DNA of 64,000 nt from a virus. Each line of letters starts with the position of its first letter. The first letter of the stretch is position 1. Location of the stretch: positions 86,859 to 150,858 of IMG/VR virus record IMGVR_UViG_3300029922_000013; one strand, 5' to 3'. The notes under the pieces are model-generated. The model was not told the origin of the DNA. It saw nothing but the letters and a program-made list of their open reading frames with translations, and searched no databases. Shown here one piece after another: positions 29,197 through 39,316 of this stretch. The translations under genes and the position numbers were made by a program.

Positions 29197-31857
29197 TTAA
29201 GCAGCCAACTGGAATGAAACCGGAAGAGTTCCTTGCATATTTGGCAATGAAACTCCTAACGATATCGTTAGGTTAGGTGGATTAGCTTGAATTTGCAAAG
29301 AAGTAACGCTCGCGAACCTCGGATCTTGAGTAACCTGACTATTTATTTGCTTAAATAATTCTTGAACATTAAGATCGCTGATGGAAGTTCCTGGTTGCAC
29401 GCCAAGACCATACTCTGGGTGTATTAGAAAAGAATTCAGAGTAGTTGTAAATAAAATTCTTAATGCTTGGATAAGATTAGTCAACCCATAACTAATTAAA
29501 AAATCACCGTAGCTATTCAATGCCAAATCGCCGTCGTCTGTAAGTAGCAGATCGGTTCCCGACAATCCTGTCAAAGGGTCGGAAGCGGCAACAGAAGGTG
29601 GTAAAATATTCAATTGCCCAGGATAAGTCGGGGGGGCCAAATCCGATGGAATGAAAATCTTTTGCTGAGAATTGGTTGTATTAGGAAGATAGGCTTGTAC
29701 ATAAGCCCCATCAGCAGTTACAAAAATACCTAGATTAGGTTCTCCGTTTAATGTTAACAAATAGCCATTGCCATTGGGTAGAGGGGTAATGTTCGTAATA
29801 TTTCTAGCAACCTGAATCTGAGTAGAACTTTTTAAAATAACAGTTTGCCCCAAATATAGGTTTGCGTTACTGGAAACTATTACCTGTCTACCTATAGCAT
29901 TGCTGAGCAATGTCAACTGAAAGCCATTTTCATCTATATACGGTTCTTCTAGATTATTCAAAGTCGCAATCTCTAACCATCTAGTCGCATCTCCCAAATA
30001 ACGGGCCGCTATTTGTTCAATATTTGCATTATAGGGGACTGGAACTATTACCTTAGATGTTGGAATATTGAAAGTTATATTGGATTGATTAGCTAATCCT
30101 GCAATAAACTCTAAAGAATTTTGCAATGCCACATCAGTTACTTGAGTAGTGGCCGTTAAAAAATTTATCCCCTGAATAGCTTCATAAAGAACATCAAGAA
30201 TTAAATACTGATTGATTGTCATGGGCTGAATCAATGTAGGTGGAGGGGTTAGTCCATATGTGCTGTTGTACAGAGCGTTGCCAGCTCCATAGTAGTCGCT
30301 CAACTGAACCGTTAATGTCAACAGAACGTTGGCGTTATTTTTAAGTTGAGTAACAGTCAATGACGTATTAGATAAAATCTGATTTAATTTCTTCTGTTGT
30401 GCTGCGTTTAAAGCTAACTCATTAACGGGAACTTGATCGAATAAATCAACATTTGAGTTGGGATTATTAGTAACTGAAGTAGCATTGCTAACTTGCTGAG
30501 CATTAGCTGCTGTTGGTCCGAGCGCACCACCCGAAACGGCGGTGGTAGAAAGTCCATTATTTCTGTTTGAGCCTGACTTAATAGCTATTGCAGCGGCAGC
30601 ACCAGCAGCAGTAGTGACGGCTCCTAGAATCGTTGCAGCATTTTGAGCAGTGTAGGCTTGGGTAGCAGAAGCAAAATCTTGCTGAATACTAGACGGCAGA
30701 TCAGAAGCGGTGGCTATTACACCCAGCGCATCTTTTACAAAGAGAGCTGTTTGTCTTAATACATTGAAAACGCCGTCTACGTCTGATCTAACAGCTCCGA
30801 TAACCGCTATAGCAGAACTACAAATCAGCCTAGCTTCCATGATACTGGCCAGAACTCTTTGTAAGATACCTGGAGTCACGGTGTACGCTTGAGCTGGAGA
30901 AGGTTTTTGCGGAACTTCGTTTAGATTTATTCTTCTCCAAGCCTTGAACTGCATTTGATAAGTAATTTCCATAGGTCTGTTCACGGACTGTTGCCACGTA
31001 AACTGCATTGGAGTTACTACGAAGGATTGGTTTTGCTTAGGGATATCAAAAACTAAACGCCAACCATAGTTTTTAGGATCTTTCTTTGCTTCTGCATATT
31101 GTTCCAAAAATTGCTGGAGATACATGGCTTGATAATAGCCAGTGCTGCTTCCGCCAAACTGAGATCCCAAATCGGTTGGGCTAATCGTGGATGGTTTACT
31201 AACTGGATAGTTATTCGTAAAACTATTCACAGTAGTAACAACTTGACTAATCAATCCTGATGCAGCCTGAATCGTTCCACCTAGTACAGATTGCAGAATC
31301 CCTGCGCTACCAGGAGCTTTGGATACGCTTTCTCTGTAGGGCCACACACCCATAGTTCCAGAAGCGCTAATCATCTTAAATTTGATGCCATTATGCTCTT
31401 CTACCACTCCTCTTAGGGTGGCGGAAGTGTTTATCGCAAATTGATCAACAATACTCATCTGTTGTGGAGTTATGGGTAAATTAAATACCCAATTATAGCC
31501 TAGTGGCTCGAAAATTAACGTGGGAGTTCCTTGCCCAACTGGGGTGACTATTTTAACGGTACTATTTGTACTAAAGTTACCCACCAGCCTATTACCTTGG
31601 CTAGTATCGATCACCAATAGTCTGTAGGGGTAAAGCTGATTCCATCTGTTTGGATCTATGTCAACATAAGTATAAAATGGACTATTGACCGGAAATCCAC
31701 CCGCTGCACTCCAAGGTACTGGGTTAGGACTTTTAACAGTTTGTAAACCGGAAATGATCTGTGCTCCGTTTTTAGCAGCATTAGATAAGCTGTCTACAAC
31801 GTCTCCATACCCCAAATTTCCAGTGCCATTGTCAAAAATTCCCATTAAAACCCTCAT
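29197..31857 (-). CDS. Fused baseplate protein: tube-initiator-like N-terminus, LysM-like segment, gp25/gpW-like C-terminus (start at 31857 or 31845)
   Basis: FNLPITPQQMSI...TLRG; IEQIAARYLGDATRWLEIATLNNL; DGDLAL...NLIQAL...HPEYGLG. Confidence 0.65.
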   Translation of the reverse strand: MRVLMGIFDNGTGNLGYGDVVDSLSNAAKNGAQIISGLQTVKSPNPVPWSAAGGFPVNSPFYTYVDIDPNRWNQLYPYRLLVIDTSQGNRLVGNFSTNSTVKIVTPVGQGTPTLIFEPLGYNWVFNLPITPQQMSIVDQFAINTSATLRGVVEEHNGIKFKMISASGTMGVWPYRESVSKAPGSAGILQSVLGGTIQAASGLISQVVTTVNSFTNNYPVSKPSTISPTDLGSQFGGSSTGYYQAMYLQQFLEQYAEAKKDPKNYGWRLVFDIPKQNQSFVVTPMQFTWQQSVNRPMEITYQMQFKAWRRINLNEVPQKPSPAQAYTVTPGILQRVLASIMEARLICSSAIAVIGAVRSDVDGVFNVLRQTALFVKDALGVIATASDLPSSIQQDFASATQAYTAQNAATILGAVTTAAGAAAAIAIKSGSNRNNGLSTTAVSGGALGPTAANAQQVSNATSVTNNPNSNVDLFDQVPVNELALNAAQQKKLNQILSNTSLTVTQLKNNANVLLTLTVQLSDYYGAGNALYNSTYGLTPPPTLIQPMTINQYLILDVLYEAIQGINFLTATTQVTDVALQNSLEFIAGLANQSNITFNIPTSKVIVPVPYNANIEQIAARYLGDATRWLEIATLNNLEEPYIDENGFQLTLLSNAIGRQVIVSSNANLYLGQTVILKSSTQIQVARNITNITPLPNGNGYLLTLNGEPNLGIFVTADGAYVQAYLPNTTNSQQKIFIPSDLAPPTYPGQLNILPPSVAASDPLTGLSGTDLLLTDDGDLALNSYGDFLISYGLTNLIQALRILFTTTLNSFLIHPEYGLGVQPGTSISDLNVQELFKQINSQVTQDPRFASVTSLQIQANPPNLTISLGVSLPNMQGTLPVSFQLAA

Positions 31858-31860
31858 AGC

Positions 31861-31868
31861 TAAAGATT
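31861..31868 (-). promoter_or_regulatory. AATCTTTA putative late-promoter motif
   Basis: Immediately upstream of the ATGs at 31857 and 31845. Confidence 0.55.
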
Positions 31869-31902
31869 GCAGTTTAGGGATTATGATATAAATATAGGTA
31901 AT

Positions 31903-32472
31903 ATGACTAATTTTCTTACCGTAGTGTTTGTTTTTATTGGATTTTTTTGTGGAGCGCACTTGCTCTCCCATCAAAATCGACCTAAAAAAGCTCCAGAATA
32001 CGTAGGGGTCGCTCCAGCCGCTAAACCATACTATGATGAGTATAAAAGGCTAGCCAAAAATGAGGGCATAACTTTTAAACATGATATAACTATTGGATTT
32101 AAAAGGATTAATATGGGAGATGCGATAGGGCTAACCACTTATGGAAGAAACTGGAGAGAAATAGACGTAGACAGTGACTATTGGGAAGATGCAACTGACG
32201 AGTCCAAAACCATGGTTCTGTACCACGAACTCACACATGCTTTTTGTGACAGAGGCCACGACTATGGGGACGGCGTGCCGTATCCAGTAAGCGAGGAAGC
32301 CAGGAGTGACCAAAAAAAGAAATGCCGGAAGGAAAGCTGCATAACTCCTGGATATTATAAAGATGAGTGCCCTTTATCTCTTCTATATCCCGCTATTTTT
32401 GACGATTACTGTTTCTTAATTCATCGCGACGATTATTTAAAAGAAATGTTTCAAAGGTGTATCCCATACTAA
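31903..32472 (+). CDS. Membrane-anchored or secreted zincin metallopeptidase
   Basis: N-terminal hydrophobic helix; LYHELTHAFCDRGH (HExxH...H). Confidence 0.65.
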   Translation: MTNFLTVVFVFIGFFCGAHLLSHQNRPKKAPEYVGVAPAAKPYYDEYKRLAKNEGITFKHDITIGFKRINMGDAIGLTTYGRNWREIDVDSDYWEDATDESKTMVLYHELTHAFCDRGHDYGDGVPYPVSEEARSDQKKKCRKESCITPGYYKDECPLSLLYPAIFDDYCFLIHRDDYLKEMFQRCIPY

Positions 32473-32473
32473 A

Positions 32474-32833
32474 ATGCTAACTACAGAACAAATTAAAAAT
32501 ATCACTTACGTTTACAATAAACTCATGGAAACCGAAGACAAAGGTTGGGATACTGTAGACGATCTATTGGAAATAATGGAGTGGCTAAGCGACGACCAGC
32601 TTTATAGAGAATGCGAGGTACTATATTCTTATCACAAAAGTAAAAATATGGGCTGTCCTCATATGCATAAGCCAAGCACTGCGTGTTTTGTAGAAAATAT
32701 ACTAGAAGCGGTCGAATCAATCCTGGAACTTTATGAAGAAACTAACAATCTGCACACCAAAAATAGGTACATACTAGACTATTATGTAGTGCTTTGTCAA
32801 AATGGGTATATAGTAGAATCACTGAATCCGTAA
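32474..32833 (+). CDS. Hypothetical protein
   Basis: Follows the zincin by 1 nt. Confidence 0.55.
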   Translation: MLTTEQIKNITYVYNKLMETEDKGWDTVDDLLEIMEWLSDDQLYRECEVLYSYHKSKNMGCPHMHKPSTACFVENILEAVESILELYEETNNLHTKNRYILDYYVVLCQNGYIVESLNP

Positions 32834-33082
32834 CGAAAAAACCCTAAAAGTAGACAAGCATTTTATCGCGTCTCTCTTTTGTTTATCAGTCCCATTGCTG
32901 ATGGCGTACAGAATTTTATTCAATATACTATTGTAGTATTTGTTGACCTGACTTTCACTAAATGTAAAATTTCCATCCTTATTGTAAAAGTCATTCCCAA
33001 GCTGGATGACAAAAGAATTCCTTTCAATCTTAAGTACTTCTTCTACGGTAAACCCTTTAAATGGACTTTTTTGTTTTATCAT
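32819..33082 (-). CDS. Hypothetical protein
   Basis: Directly follows 33086-33625. Confidence 0.5.
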   Translation of the reverse strand: MIKQKSPFKGFTVEEVLKIERNSFVIQLGNDFYNKDGNFTFSESQVNKYYNSILNKILYAISNGTDKQKRDAIKCLSTFRVFSLRIQ

Positions 33083-33085
33083 AAA

Positions 33086-33625
33086 TTATTGTGCCGATAT
33101 AGGTATTGGGATAGGGGTTAGTGCAGGTGGGGCCGCTAAACCAATACAAAGAAAGGTGAACGCAAGGGTAGCGTCTCTAATCGATGTAGCAAATTGAAGT
33201 GTTTTGTCGCTGGCAGTGGGAACGCTCACTAATCCAGCACTGAGCGCCGCTGTTGCAGCTGGGATTGTGATAATTGTGGCCGCAGCCGTAGGGAGTGTGT
33301 TGGAGTCCAAGCTTGCTGATCCTATCCATATAGGGTTCATTACGGTGCCGGGAGTTATAATACTAGCGGTTACAGCAGTGGTCCAATTAGTGACAAAAAT
33401 TGGTATCCAAGAATTGTCCGGTACTGGTAGCATGGCTAGCATTAAGGGAATCATTACGGCATTATTAAATGTAAATATACCGGGACTTCCTGTGCTTCCT
33501 GCCTGTGTTTGATTCATGAATCCAGCTAAAGCTCCAACAAAAGCTGCGGCCCCCGATGCTGGATCAGTTGTTGGGCTTAAAGCTAGTAGTTGACTTTTAA
33601 AGTCAGCAGCAGTGGATAACGTCAT
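33086..33625 (-). CDS. Small structural protein downstream of the spike
   Basis: A/T/P-rich; ATGA-coupled to the spike gene. Confidence 0.55.
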   Translation of the reverse strand: MTLSTAADFKSQLLALSPTTDPASGAAAFVGALAGFMNQTQAGSTGSPGIFTFNNAVMIPLMLAMLPVPDNSWIPIFVTNWTTAVTASIITPGTVMNPIWIGSASLDSNTLPTAAATIITIPAATAALSAGLVSVPTASDKTLQFATSIRDATLAFTFLCIGLAAPPALTPIPIPISAQ

Positions 33626-34584
33626 TCAGTAAATACCTTTGTACTCAATGTATTAGGAGGCATAGGAACTATAGGAGGAGAGCTGGGTCCTAAAACTGTG
33701 GCATGTGTATGTGTATTAAAATAGGCCATAAAAGAAGTACCCTTAATCACAGACTCTACCGCGTTAGCACCTAAATCTATTAGAGTCCCGTCTATCACAG
33801 TATTGCCGCTGGAAGTGATGCTAGTGTTTCCGGTAGTTGTAATCGTAGTATTGCCTTGTGCAGTGATATTGATATTGCCTTGTACGGTAAGTGTCCAATC
33901 CCCAGCAGAAGTTACATTGACTTCTTGATTGGTATTGTCCAGCTTAAACATAATTGCATTATTGGTAATTGTGAAGGTCCCGTCTACATCTATGGCCAGG
34001 ACGGTGGTTCCATGAGAATCGTCTATTACCTTGCCGTCATTATCGGTAGCGCTATTCCACGTAAGGGCCGTAGAACCATCGCTATTGACTACTATATTGA
34101 CACCGTTATATTCACCCTCAAGATGAGGATCGGTATCTTTTAATGTAGTATCCCTGTCAGGATGTGGATAGCCACCCAGAATAACAGCTTTGTTAGTAAA
34201 ACCATCCAAACAAAGGATAAGAACTATAGCGCCGTTCTGATCTGATGTATTTGCTTCACCATTTTTATTATTGTCTTGGATCTGATAACGCAAATTCTTT
34301 TCAAAAAAATCAGCTACAGAACCCAGTCCATCTGATGAAAGACAGTTTCTGTAGATAATATTGGTGCAGCTAATATTTTCATTTTGTTCAAAAACTTGTA
34401 CATCATATTCGGTTGACAAACGAGAGAAATTATTGGGATCACCCACTGCGTAAGACTTCAGGACCACACCCATTCTCATTTGTGTATTTTTATAGGATTT
34501 ATTAAAAGCAGCCGTTTCGGACTCTACATCTAGTCCCAAAACTCCAAACGGCAAAACTGTTCCATTTTCAAGATGATTGCTCAT
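33622..34584 (-). CDS. Baseplate central spike (gpV/gp5-like)
   Basis: OB-like N-terminus (AVILGGYPH), 8-residue beta-helix repeats (VQGNINIT, AQGNTTIT, TTGNTSIT), apex NTHTH metal motif. Confidence 0.8.
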   Translation of the reverse strand: MSNHLENGTVLPFGVLGLDVESETAAFNKSYKNTQMRMGVVLKSYAVGDPNNFSRLSTEYDVQVFEQNENISCTNIIYRNCLSSDGLGSVADFFEKNLRYQIQDNNKNGEANTSDQNGAIVLILCLDGFTNKAVILGGYPHPDRDTTLKDTDPHLEGEYNGVNIVVNSDGSTALTWNSATDNDGKVIDDSHGTTVLAIDVDGTFTITNNAIMFKLDNTNQEVNVTSAGDWTLTVQGNINITAQGNTTITTTGNTSITSSGNTVIDGTLIDLGANAVESVIKGTSFMAYFNTHTHATVLGPSSPPIVPMPPNTLSTKVFTE

Positions 34585-34586
34585 TT

Positions 34587-36482
34587 TCAGCTCTCTGGGT
34601 CAGTGGGTTGAGGAAAGGGAAAGTTTTTAATTTGGCTAGGATCTATATCAATATTATTGCTTCTATCAAGAACATCCTGCGATTCAGATACCCCAGGCAG
34701 TATTTGGTCCAAATTGTTGTAGTCATTTTGTCTGTCTAAGTAGCCACTAGTATTAGTCATTTCAGAGTATTGTGTCACACTGCTAGGACTATCCAAGGCC
34801 ACTCCTTGGCTTAATTTCAAAGTAGTCTTGAATCTTTTTATACCGCTACTTGGGTCTATGTTACAAGAATGAATGATGCTTTCTATATGAAACACAACGC
34901 CTTCAAATTGTAAGTTATCCCCAATGCAGATTGGTTGGGACACGCCAAGCATTTCTATGGTGCCGTTCAATTTGAGCTGACCACCTATGGTGGCATCCCC
35001 CATAATTTTGGCCCACGACGGGCTAAGTGGGCCTGTTTGTACATAAGGATCGAACATGTTGCTTACTATTGACGGTCTTAGACCACTTCTGGTTACATCT
35101 TCGGAATCAAATGCGTAATTACCAGCACCCACTTCTTGGGCCGGTCCCGATCCCTGTTTGTCATTTATGGCAGCTCTGGAATAATACTGATAAAAATTGA
35201 TTCTAGCCACCTCGTCTCTTCCAATATCGTAACTATAAACCAAAGCAGAGTCCACTTTCCAGCGTGGGATCGTTAAAAATTGTGTCACAGGTATGGTAAC
35301 ATTTGTTCTAGCTTTAAAATCTTGAGTAGTGAACGGAATTTGTCTAAAAACTACAGTAGGGTAAATCTTATTATCTGTTCCTAATTTATAGCAAGTAAAA
35401 ATTTCATTAAGCGGTGCATTAGTATATTGATTGAGAATGGACCAAGCTTTTACGGAATTCCAATACTCTGGCATGAAAAATGACAGACCCTGCAGTTGGG
35501 TAGGAGTAAAATGAAAGCCAGGACCACTGAAATTAGAGTTGAATTTTGGATTCAAGCCTTGGGCCATTGTCTGGTTACTGCTTCCCGAATACCCCTGAAC
35601 TCCAAAATTGTAGTTGTAGATATCTTTTGCGGCTTTTGCGTTAGATATTCCCATTAGCTTGCCTACCAAAGCAGGTATTAAAAATTGCGTGTTGGCTGTA
35701 GGTAAAAAAGCTTTAAAATCATCACTGTAATTTGTGGTGTTTATTCCATTTCCGATAAAACTGGTGATCAGAAGGGCTACTATATCACGTAATTGAAAAT
35801 AACCTTTACTATTAGCCAACTGAGCCCAATCAGAAGATAGCTTTCTTATGAAGATACCAAAATTAGACTCTGACCCTGATGCCAGTAGATTTTGATTGAA
35901 ATAGATGGTATTATTAAATTCTGTAAAACCATAACCATCTATTTTATAGATGACTTGTTTAGTGCCCGATTGCTCGTTAATAGAAATATTTTTACTGACT
36001 CTTTGTATCTTGTAAAGACCCTTAAAACCATCATCTGGTCCATTTATTGGAGAACCATTTCTGGCATTTTGGGCTACTCTGCGGGCATCAGACTCCCAGT
36101 TTAGGATGTTTACGAATACAAAGTCACCTGGGGCTACAGCGGTCAGATAATTGACATCGGTTTCTTTGAATGTAGCTTCCATAGAAGGAGTCAAAGTGCC
36201 TTTATTCATACCTGTTGTTACAGCTATGCAATCACTTTCAATGACTAAAGGATCGTTTTGTTTAACTTCTAGAGCCGAATTGTTATTATTTCTAAAAGTG
36301 TCTCTATTCTCAAATCTAATGAAGGTTAGAACCCAAGTAGGACTGCTTTGGTTCACAAATGATTCAGGATCATTAGATGTAGAATCGTTTGAAAAATTAG
36401 GATTGATGGCCGAATCAACCACAGCTTGCTGGGAATTAGGCAGTAAGTCTACGGTGTATGCACTTACTCCATTCATTACCAT
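34587..36482 (-). CDS. Baseplate hub protein (gp27/gpD-like)
   Basis: Lies between tape measure and spike; C-terminal LNGTIEMLG...IGDNL...FHIESIIH...TTLKLSQG. Confidence 0.7.
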   Translation of the reverse strand: MVMNGVSAYTVDLLPNSQQAVVDSAINPNFSNDSTSNDPESFVNQSSPTWVLTFIRFENRDTFRNNNNSALEVKQNDPLVIESDCIAVTTGMNKGTLTPSMEATFKETDVNYLTAVAPGDFVFVNILNWESDARRVAQNARNGSPINGPDDGFKGLYKIQRVSKNISINEQSGTKQVIYKIDGYGFTEFNNTIYFNQNLLASGSESNFGIFIRKLSSDWAQLANSKGYFQLRDIVALLITSFIGNGINTTNYSDDFKAFLPTANTQFLIPALVGKLMGISNAKAAKDIYNYNFGVQGYSGSSNQTMAQGLNPKFNSNFSGPGFHFTPTQLQGLSFFMPEYWNSVKAWSILNQYTNAPLNEIFTCYKLGTDNKIYPTVVFRQIPFTTQDFKARTNVTIPVTQFLTIPRWKVDSALVYSYDIGRDEVARINFYQYYSRAAINDKQGSGPAQEVGAGNYAFDSEDVTRSGLRPSIVSNMFDPYVQTGPLSPSWAKIMGDATIGGQLKLNGTIEMLGVSQPICIGDNLQFEGVVFHIESIIHSCNIDPSSGIKRFKTTLKLSQGVALDSPSSVTQYSEMTNTSGYLDRQNDYNNLDQILPGVSESQDVLDRSNNIDIDPSQIKNFPFPQPTDPES

Positions 36483-38833
36483 TTACCACCAGATGGCCCA
36501 ATCATGGGTGAGCTTTTGCCAGCAGATGAAGAATTGGCTTGAGGCTGAGATTTGCCCAGTTTAGCTGCCATGGCATTGTAGTCTTCGGCTTTCATTTTTC
36601 CTTCTTTAACGGCTGCTGCGGCGGCGCCCAACGTAAGTATAGATACAGTAAGTTTGTCTACATCTGTGGCTGTTGGAACTAAATTTTTACCGAAAGATTC
36701 GAAATTTTGTATAAATTTTAATTGACCTGCCGCTATGGCAGCATTCTCTTGATCCGCCAATTTGGGCGTTTTAGGTTCTTCTGGAGCTAGTGGGCGAGGG
36801 AAGAAACCCTTACCTTTTGGAGTAAGAGATGCACCAGCCGCATTCATTTCCTGTGCTTTAGTTATTTCTGGAGCAGCGCCTGTACCGGTAGCCGTATACC
36901 ACAAACCTGTTTGTCTGGCAGCAGATTCTATTTCGGCAGGAATATCGGCTCCCAAACGTTTAGCCTCAGACATAGAGTTGTATCCGGCTTTTTCTAACCA
37001 GGATCTAACTGCCTTGGCATTCTCTTGTGTATGTCCCGTGATATCTGAACCGGCAGCAGTTGTGGAATCCTTCATTCCCATTATATCTTGTGCCGTGACT
37101 TGCTTGCCACCGCGCTTATTGAGCTGATACATGGCTTCCTGAACAACTGGATGCTGTTCTGTTAAATCTGCTGGTGATATCTTTTTCAACTGCTCAAATA
37201 GCATGGCCCCTTCGTCGCCCATGCCCGCTAGGCGTCTGCCTACAGGATTTCTCAACATCGCAGCTCTTTGCATTACGCTAAAAGGACCACCCTGCTGACT
37301 ACCGAGTTTTTGATAAGCCTCATAAGCAGTCTTTGCGGCTTCCATACCTGCAGACGTATTTTCTACAAATCCTCTGCCGAATTGCTCGCTAATGCGAGAA
37401 ACATCTCCTGGGGTTTTAGCACCACTTCTAGATACATATTCACTAGTAGTTTGCGTAAAATCTCTTAATAAGTCAACTAAGTCGCTATCATTCAGACCTA
37501 TCTTAAAAGCTTCTCCGATAATCTTGGCGGAAGCTTCTTTAGTCTCTTGTGCTCCACCCATAGTCTTACTAATATTGGCCAGCATCTGGGGAGCGTTAGT
37601 TAAATTATAATCTTTTTGCAACTGAAGCCCGTAACCCGATTCTCTGCCAACTCTAGCAGATCCACCAGCTCCCATTATAGCTTGCTGCATTTGAGTAACT
37701 TGCTCTTCAGTAAATTGAGTAGTTCCCCCATATGACATATTTCTTTGCAGGAAACCACTCTTACCCATAAAACCTTGATCAGAAAGGCCTAACCCTCTTT
37801 GAGCACCAAGATTTCTTTGATAATTATGAGCATTATACTCTGCAGCCGCTTTTTTAAGAGGGTCAGCATTCTCTTCGGCTTCTTGCGACCGTTTTACGAA
37901 CTCGGCTAAATCCTGAGAGGAAAGCTTTTCATAAGATTCCGTATCGCCGAGTGTCTTGGCTCTTTGTTTCGAATCGAGCAATTTCATGCCAATACCGCCA
38001 GCGGCTACTCCTAGGCCGCCTGCCACCAATCCTGCTGGAATCCCTACGCCAGTTGCACCTAAAAGTCCCGCAGCTCCCAAGCCGACTGCACCTGCCCCTA
38101 CCAAAGCATTTCCAGCCCACTGTTGGGCGGTGTCGAAAGTTCTTTGGCCTTGCCAAGCCTTCCTAGCATTAGCCATTGCTGCCGCTCTTTCAGGCATAAA
38201 AGCTAAGTGATAAGGATCAGCGGCGGCTTTTAATTGATCGCCAACAAGCGCATTGTTGGAACTCCCCATAGCAGAAGCCGCATCTAATGGAAGCCTACTT
38301 ATTCCAGCCACAGCAGCCCCAACACCAGTGATTATGGCAGCTATCGCGGCTCCCATTTTAGGTATATCTGCCGCAGAATTTCTAATTTTTTTATTGGATT
38401 CTTCATCCATACTAGCAATTCTTGTTGTAATAGCAGCAGCTTTAGCCATTGTCTCCGTTATTTGTTCTTGTATCTTCAGCTTTTTTTCATCGTTGCCCAA
38501 AGCCTGCTTCGCTTCGTAACTCATCTCCTTTTCTTTTTGGAGAATCTTGTTTTTTTCATTCAAAAGTTCAGTATACTTGCCCTTAGTTAAATTGAGATCT
38601 TTAACCAAATCATCTCTATATTTCTTCTGAGATTGTTCGTATTGCTGTTGAGAAGGGGCTCCAGGCATCGTACCTAGCCCATGCTGTTGCATTTTTTGCG
38701 ATATTTGCCTAAGTTGGGTCATTTGCTGAGGACCAGAATACATTTGATTCAGCTGTTCCTGCATTTTTTTGATAGTAGCATTGAACTGCTTATCGTCTAG
38801 ATCAAGTGATATTTTGAGTTTTTTCTCAGCCAT
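36476..38833 (-). CDS. Tape measure protein (785 aa)
   Basis: N-terminal LKISLDLDDKQF, helical A/G/Q-rich body with hydrophobic Gly/Ala segments; upstream of the hub. Confidence 0.75.
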   Translation of the reverse strand: MAEKKLKISLDLDDKQFNATIKKMQEQLNQMYSGPQQMTQLRQISQKMQQHGLGTMPGAPSQQQYEQSQKKYRDDLVKDLNLTKGKYTELLNEKNKILQKEKEMSYEAKQALGNDEKKLKIQEQITETMAKAAAITTRIASMDEESNKKIRNSAADIPKMGAAIAAIITGVGAAVAGISRLPLDAASAMGSSNNALVGDQLKAAADPYHLAFMPERAAAMANARKAWQGQRTFDTAQQWAGNALVGAGAVGLGAAGLLGATGVGIPAGLVAGGLGVAAGGIGMKLLDSKQRAKTLGDTESYEKLSSQDLAEFVKRSQEAEENADPLKKAAAEYNAHNYQRNLGAQRGLGLSDQGFMGKSGFLQRNMSYGGTTQFTEEQVTQMQQAIMGAGGSARVGRESGYGLQLQKDYNLTNAPQMLANISKTMGGAQETKEASAKIIGEAFKIGLNDSDLVDLLRDFTQTTSEYVSRSGAKTPGDVSRISEQFGRGFVENTSAGMEAAKTAYEAYQKLGSQQGGPFSVMQRAAMLRNPVGRRLAGMGDEGAMLFEQLKKISPADLTEQHPVVQEAMYQLNKRGGKQVTAQDIMGMKDSTTAAGSDITGHTQENAKAVRSWLEKAGYNSMSEAKRLGADIPAEIESAARQTGLWYTATGTGAAPEITKAQEMNAAGASLTPKGKGFFPRPLAPEEPKTPKLADQENAAIAAGQLKFIQNFESFGKNLVPTATDVDKLTVSILTLGAAAAAVKEGKMKAEDYNAMAAKLGKSQPQANSSSAGKSSPMIGPSGGKW

Positions 38834-38885
38834 TTCAAGACCTTACGTTTAGTAAACAATTAATAAAAATAGGAACATCCTAGGT

Positions 38886-38893
38886 TAAAGATT
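38886..38893 (-). promoter_or_regulatory. AATCTTTA putative late-promoter motif
   Basis: 52 nt upstream of the tape measure ATG. Confidence 0.6.
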
Positions 38894-38957
38894 CCGACTT
38901 TAACCCTAGATATCCCTATTATATCATTAAACTAAATAAGTCTATAAAATCACGTAT

Positions 38958-39131
38958 CTACAAACGAAACCAAATTCTAAGGGGGCCTCCCAGAGCTGCC
39001 ACAAATCCTATGTAAAGAAAATATAAAGGGGCGAATTCCTGCTGGAACGCGAGCGCAAAGATAAGATAAAAAAAGCCTAAAAAGCTCAATATATAGTATA
39101 ATGCTCCGAAATAGGCTCTTAAAAAATTCAT
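38958..39131 (-). CDS. Small two-TM membrane protein (57 aa, absent from the ORF track)
   Basis: MNFLRAYFGALYYILSFLGFFYLIFALAFQQEFAPLYFLYIGFVAALGGPLRIWFRL; ATGA-coupled, GAGG RBS. Confidence 0.6.
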   Translation of the reverse strand: MNFLRAYFGALYYILSFLGFFYLIFALAFQQEFAPLYFLYIGFVAALGGPLRIWFRL

Positions 39132-39313
39132 ACACCCTCTTTTAGTCTACTCTCAAGTTTCTTTAATTGACCCCTAAACAGTAAATCCAGAGGAGAGTCA
39201 TCGTTAGTAATATTTCTTTTCGTTAATTCTATCATGGCCATTATATGAAGAGTTTCATTGGAAGGTTTTGGAGTTAGTTTCTTTTTAGACTTTTTGATTT
39301 TCTTTTTAGTCAT
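39128..39313 (-). CDS. Small basic hypothetical protein
   Basis: AGGA RBS; in the operon. Confidence 0.5.
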   Translation of the reverse strand: MTKKKIKKSKKKLTPKPSNETLHIMAMIELTKRNITNDDSPLDLLFRGQLKKLESRLKEGV

Positions 39314-39316
39314 ATC

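Noticed and set aside
31858-31974. N-terminal extension of the 925-aa ORF, and the 31867 start of the zincin
   Set aside because: The two extensions overlap each other and the regulatory motifs; downstream ATGs (31857/31845 and 31903) fit better.
5118-38519. Many + strand ORFs of 60-155 aa overlapping the structural genes
   Set aside because: Antisense shadows of Thr/Ser/Gly/Ala-rich coding sequence, with no RBS or motifs.
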